NCBI GenBank assembly: GCA_963749655.1
Contig: CAVVOB010000020.1
Coordinates: forward strand, 32,001-96,000
Source: Nitrospirota bacterium
GTDB lineage: Bacteria > Nitrospirota > UBA9217
DNA: 64,000 bases
Direction: 5' to 3'
The notes under the pieces: generated by a model
Told to the model about the DNA's origin: nothing
Databases searched by the model: none
What the model saw: the letters and a program-made list of their open reading frames with translations, nothing else
Shown here: piece by piece, positions 61,513 to 64,000 of the stretch
How positions within the stretch are numbered: the first letter of the stretch is position 1
Layout of the letters: the number at the start of each line of letters is the position of its first letter
Position numbers and translations under genes: made by a program

Positions 61513-61671
61513 TGAATTATCATTTTTTGCTGGTTCAGTCTGAATCAGCGCTGTGCAGCCGACAGCGGATTTTTTTCCGGATTCCGGCCCCTGGCCCCCG
61601 GCCCCTCGTTCCATCGTGTTCTTGTCCCTTTCCTTCTTGACACCCTCCCGGCATTAATGCTACTTTGCTTC

Positions 61672-62544
61672 ATGCTCGTTTACCTTGACGGACGATTTGT
61701 CCCGCAGGAGAAGGCGATGGTATCGGTCTTCGACCACGGCTTTCTCTACGGCGACGGCATCTATGAGACCATGCGCGTCTACAACGGGACGTTTTTCCTG
61801 CTCAGGCAGCACCTCGTCCGTCTCAGGAGTTCGGCAAAGGCCATAGCACTCACCCTTCCTCTTCCGCCTGACGGGATCGCAGATGCCCTCCAGAAAACGG
61901 TGTCGATCAACAAGCTTCGGAACGCCTATGTCCGGATCCACCTCTCGCGCGGATTGGGCGCAATCGGTCTCGATCCGGCCCTTTGCCCGGCGCCCACCAT
62001 GGTGATCGTGGCCAAGCCTTTTCACGACTATCCTCCTGCGCAGTACGAACAAGGCGTCAGGGTTTCCCTCGTCAACACGCGGAGGAACCATCCGGCGGCC
62101 CTTCCGCCGTCGATAAAAAGCACGAACTTCCTGAACAACATCCTGGCAAAGATCGAGTCGATCAAGGCAGGCGCAGTCGAGGGGATCATGCTTAACTGGG
62201 AAGGACATGTTGCGGAAGGCACGGTCAGCAACATTTTCCTGGTAAGGCGTGGCGTTCTGTATACTCCGTCCGTGAAGACGGGCATTCTTGCAGGCGTTAC
62301 GCGCGGCCTGGTGCTGCGCCTCGCGAAAAAGAGCAGGATCCCCGTGAAGGAATCGCTGCTTCTGCCGAAGGACCTGGCCGCAGCCGACGAGTGCTTTCTC
62401 ACGAACACGACCATGGAGATCATGCCGGTCACCGCAATCGGCAAAAAGCGGGTGGGCAACGGCAGACCCGGCCCCATCACGGGCCTGCTGCGGCAGGCGT
62501 ACCGGAAAGAGGTGTCAGCATGCTTAAAGACGCAAGCCACTTAG
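61672..62544 (+). CDS. ilvE: Branched-chain amino-acid aminotransferase (class IV)
   Basis: DHGFLYGDGIYE, IKSTNF, AEGTVSNIF, ILAGVTR, GRPGP; a PabC-type enzyme is not excluded. Confidence 0.8.
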   Translation: MLVYLDGRFVPQEKAMVSVFDHGFLYGDGIYETMRVYNGTFFLLRQHLVRLRSSAKAIALTLPLPPDGIADALQKTVSINKLRNAYVRIHLSRGLGAIGLDPALCPAPTMVIVAKPFHDYPPAQYEQGVRVSLVNTRRNHPAALPPSIKSTNFLNNILAKIESIKAGAVEGIMLNWEGHVAEGTVSNIFLVRRGVLYTPSVKTGILAGVTRGLVLRLAKKSRIPVKESLLLPKDLAAADECFLTNTTMEIMPVTAIGKKRVGNGRPGPITGLLRQAYRKEVSACLKTQAT

Positions 62545-63191
62545 CGCAGATGATCGACCATACGCTGGTGCGCCCCGCAGCGACGTTCGACGACCTGGCC
62601 AGGGCGTGCGAGGACGCAAAGAAATACGGCTTCGCCTGCGTGGTGGTGAACAGCAGCCACGTCGCGCGGGCGCGCGAACTGATGAACGGCACGCTCGTCA
62701 AGGTCTGCTCGGTCGTCGGGTTTCCCCATGGCGCAAGCACGACGACGGTGAAGATTGTCGAGGCCATGGAGGCCATGAAGAACGGCGCCAGCGAGCTGGA
62801 TTTCGTGGTAAACCTGGGCATGGTGAAGTCCGGCAGGTACGATGCGGTGGAGGTGGACATCAAGAACATCATCGCCATGACGCCGTCGAAGGTGCACAAG
62901 GTCATCCTCGAAACGGGAAGCCTCACCGAGGACGAGATCATCCGCCTTTGCGAGATCTCAATGCGCGCCGGCGCCGAGTTCGTGAAGACCTGCACGGGAT
63001 ACGGCCCGCGGGGCGTTACCGTGGAGGATATCCGGCTCATCCGCAGGATCGTGGGCTCGGTCTGCCGCATCAAGGCCTCCGGCGGGATCCGGGACCTCGC
63101 AGCGGCCGAGGCCATGGTTGAGGCGGGAGCCGAGCGGATCGGAACGAGCGCCGGTCCGGCGATCATGGAAGAGTTTTTGCAGAGAAGATGA
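62520..63191 (+). CDS. deoC: Deoxyribose-phosphate aldolase
   Basis: IDHTL, VVGFPHG, KVILET, FVKTCTG, IKASGGIR, RIGTS. Confidence 0.95.
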   Translation: MLKDASHLAQMIDHTLVRPAATFDDLARACEDAKKYGFACVVVNSSHVARARELMNGTLVKVCSVVGFPHGASTTTVKIVEAMEAMKNGASELDFVVNLGMVKSGRYDAVEVDIKNIIAMTPSKVHKVILETGSLTEDEIIRLCEISMRAGAEFVKTCTGYGPRGVTVEDIRLIRRIVGSVCRIKASGGIRDLAAAEAMVEAGAERIGTSAGPAIMEEFLQRR

Positions 63192-63267
63192 CGGATCGGA
63201 TTCCGATAACGTCCTGCTGCGGTTCCCTTAACAAATCATGATGCGCGTCCTATTAAAGTATCTTCGC

Positions 63268-63339
63268 CGTCATGCCGGACTTGATCCGGCATCCAGAGAT
63301 TTTCACGATGACTGGATTCCCGACTTCGCGGGAATGACG
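63268..63339. repeat. REP/MITE-like double-hairpin palindromic element
   Basis: cgtc-ATGCCGGA cttga TCCGGCAT-ccag ... ctgg-ATTCCCG acttcg CGGGAAT-gacg. Confidence 0.75.
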
Positions 63340-63418
63340 ATCTGGTCGATTGCCCGCGTTTCAACAGTGATTTTTTTCCGTTTTCCGATCATCCCTCCAT
63401 CAGCATGAGAACAGCACA

Positions 63419-64000
63419 ATGGCCGATCAGCAACGAATAAAATCCGTCCTTGTCAACAACGCCGAACTCCATTACGTCGAGTCGGGGGAAGGGCCGCCGG
63501 TCGTCATGGTGCACGGCAGCCTGAGCGACTTCAGGACCTGGGGCTTCCAGCGGAGGTTCTTTTCGAAGCAGTACCGCGTGATCGCCTACAGCCGCCGCTA
63601 TCACTATCCGAACGCCATGCCCGCAGGCCGATCGGACTATTCGGTCGGGCTGCACGCAGAAGACCTCTCGGCGCTAATCCGGGCGCTCGGGCTCGGACCG
63701 GCGCATATTATCGGGTCCTCGTACGGCGCCTATGCCTCGCTCATCATGGCTGCGCGCCACCCGGAGCTCGTGCGCACTCTCGTGATCGGCGAGCCGCCGA
63801 TGTTTCCGCTGCTCAAGACCGACAAGGAAGGCGCTCACCTGCTGCGGGCTTTTCTGAAGCAGGTGTGGGAGCCCTCGATCCAGGCCTTCGAAGCGGGCAA
63901 CCTCGAAGAGGGATCGAGAATCTTTTACGAAGGCATTACCTCGACGGGCGCCTACGAGAAGCTTTCTCCCTCTGCAAGGAACGGCATGCTTGAGAACGCC
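63419..64000 (+). CDS. Alpha/beta hydrolase (partial, runs off window end)
   Basis: Manual translation: MADQQRIK...GEGPPVVMVHGS...YRVIAYSRRYH...IIGSSYG. Confidence 0.88.
   Translation, partial: MADQQRIKSVLVNNAELHYVESGEGPPVVMVHGSLSDFRTWGFQRRFFSKQYRVIAYSRRYHYPNAMPAGRSDYSVGLHAEDLSALIRALGLGPAHIIGSSYGAYASLIMAARHPELVRTLVIGEPPMFPLLKTDKEGAHLLRAFLKQVWEPSIQAFEAGNLEEGSRIFYEGITSTGAYEKLSPSARNGMLENA

Noticed and set aside
61359-61640. ORF with QRAESRE repeats
   Set aside because: Translation artefact of the (GCAGAGA)8 array; overlaps the SDR end and has no SD.

Overview
GC-rich bacterial chromosome segment. Gene content and order suggest Nitrospirota or Desulfobacterota (inference). Most of the window is housekeeping: ppi-argG-argH-lipoprotein-lysA-dapF-dapA-dapB, dsbC, panC, mreBCD-mrdA-rodA-radical SAM-rng, tpx, csp, an M3 peptidase, tRNA-Val/tRNA-Asp, an acyl-CoA/acetate cluster, signalling genes, ilvE and deoC. 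There is a small AT-richer accessory patch at about 56.9-59.6 kb. Several genes carry single-base indels that look like long-read consensus errors, densely so at 41.6-46.9 kb. Two non-standard systems stand out. (1) An 83-aa GIY-YIG gene sits between tRNA-Asp and a copy of the tRNA 3' portion in which the anticodon arm is replaced by a TCCCGAC-AA-GTCGGGA hairpin, followed by a second decayed copy. (2) About a dozen intergenic elements are built from inverted arrays of 7- or 9-bp units. Most are empty and lie at gene junctions, but one encloses a four-helix-bundle (23S-IVS-type) gene. Also noted: a degenerate attC-like site, twin co-varying palindromes, a DsbC with a CxxCH motif, and several candidate leaderless genes. 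All counts and coordinates were read by hand, with no searches run.
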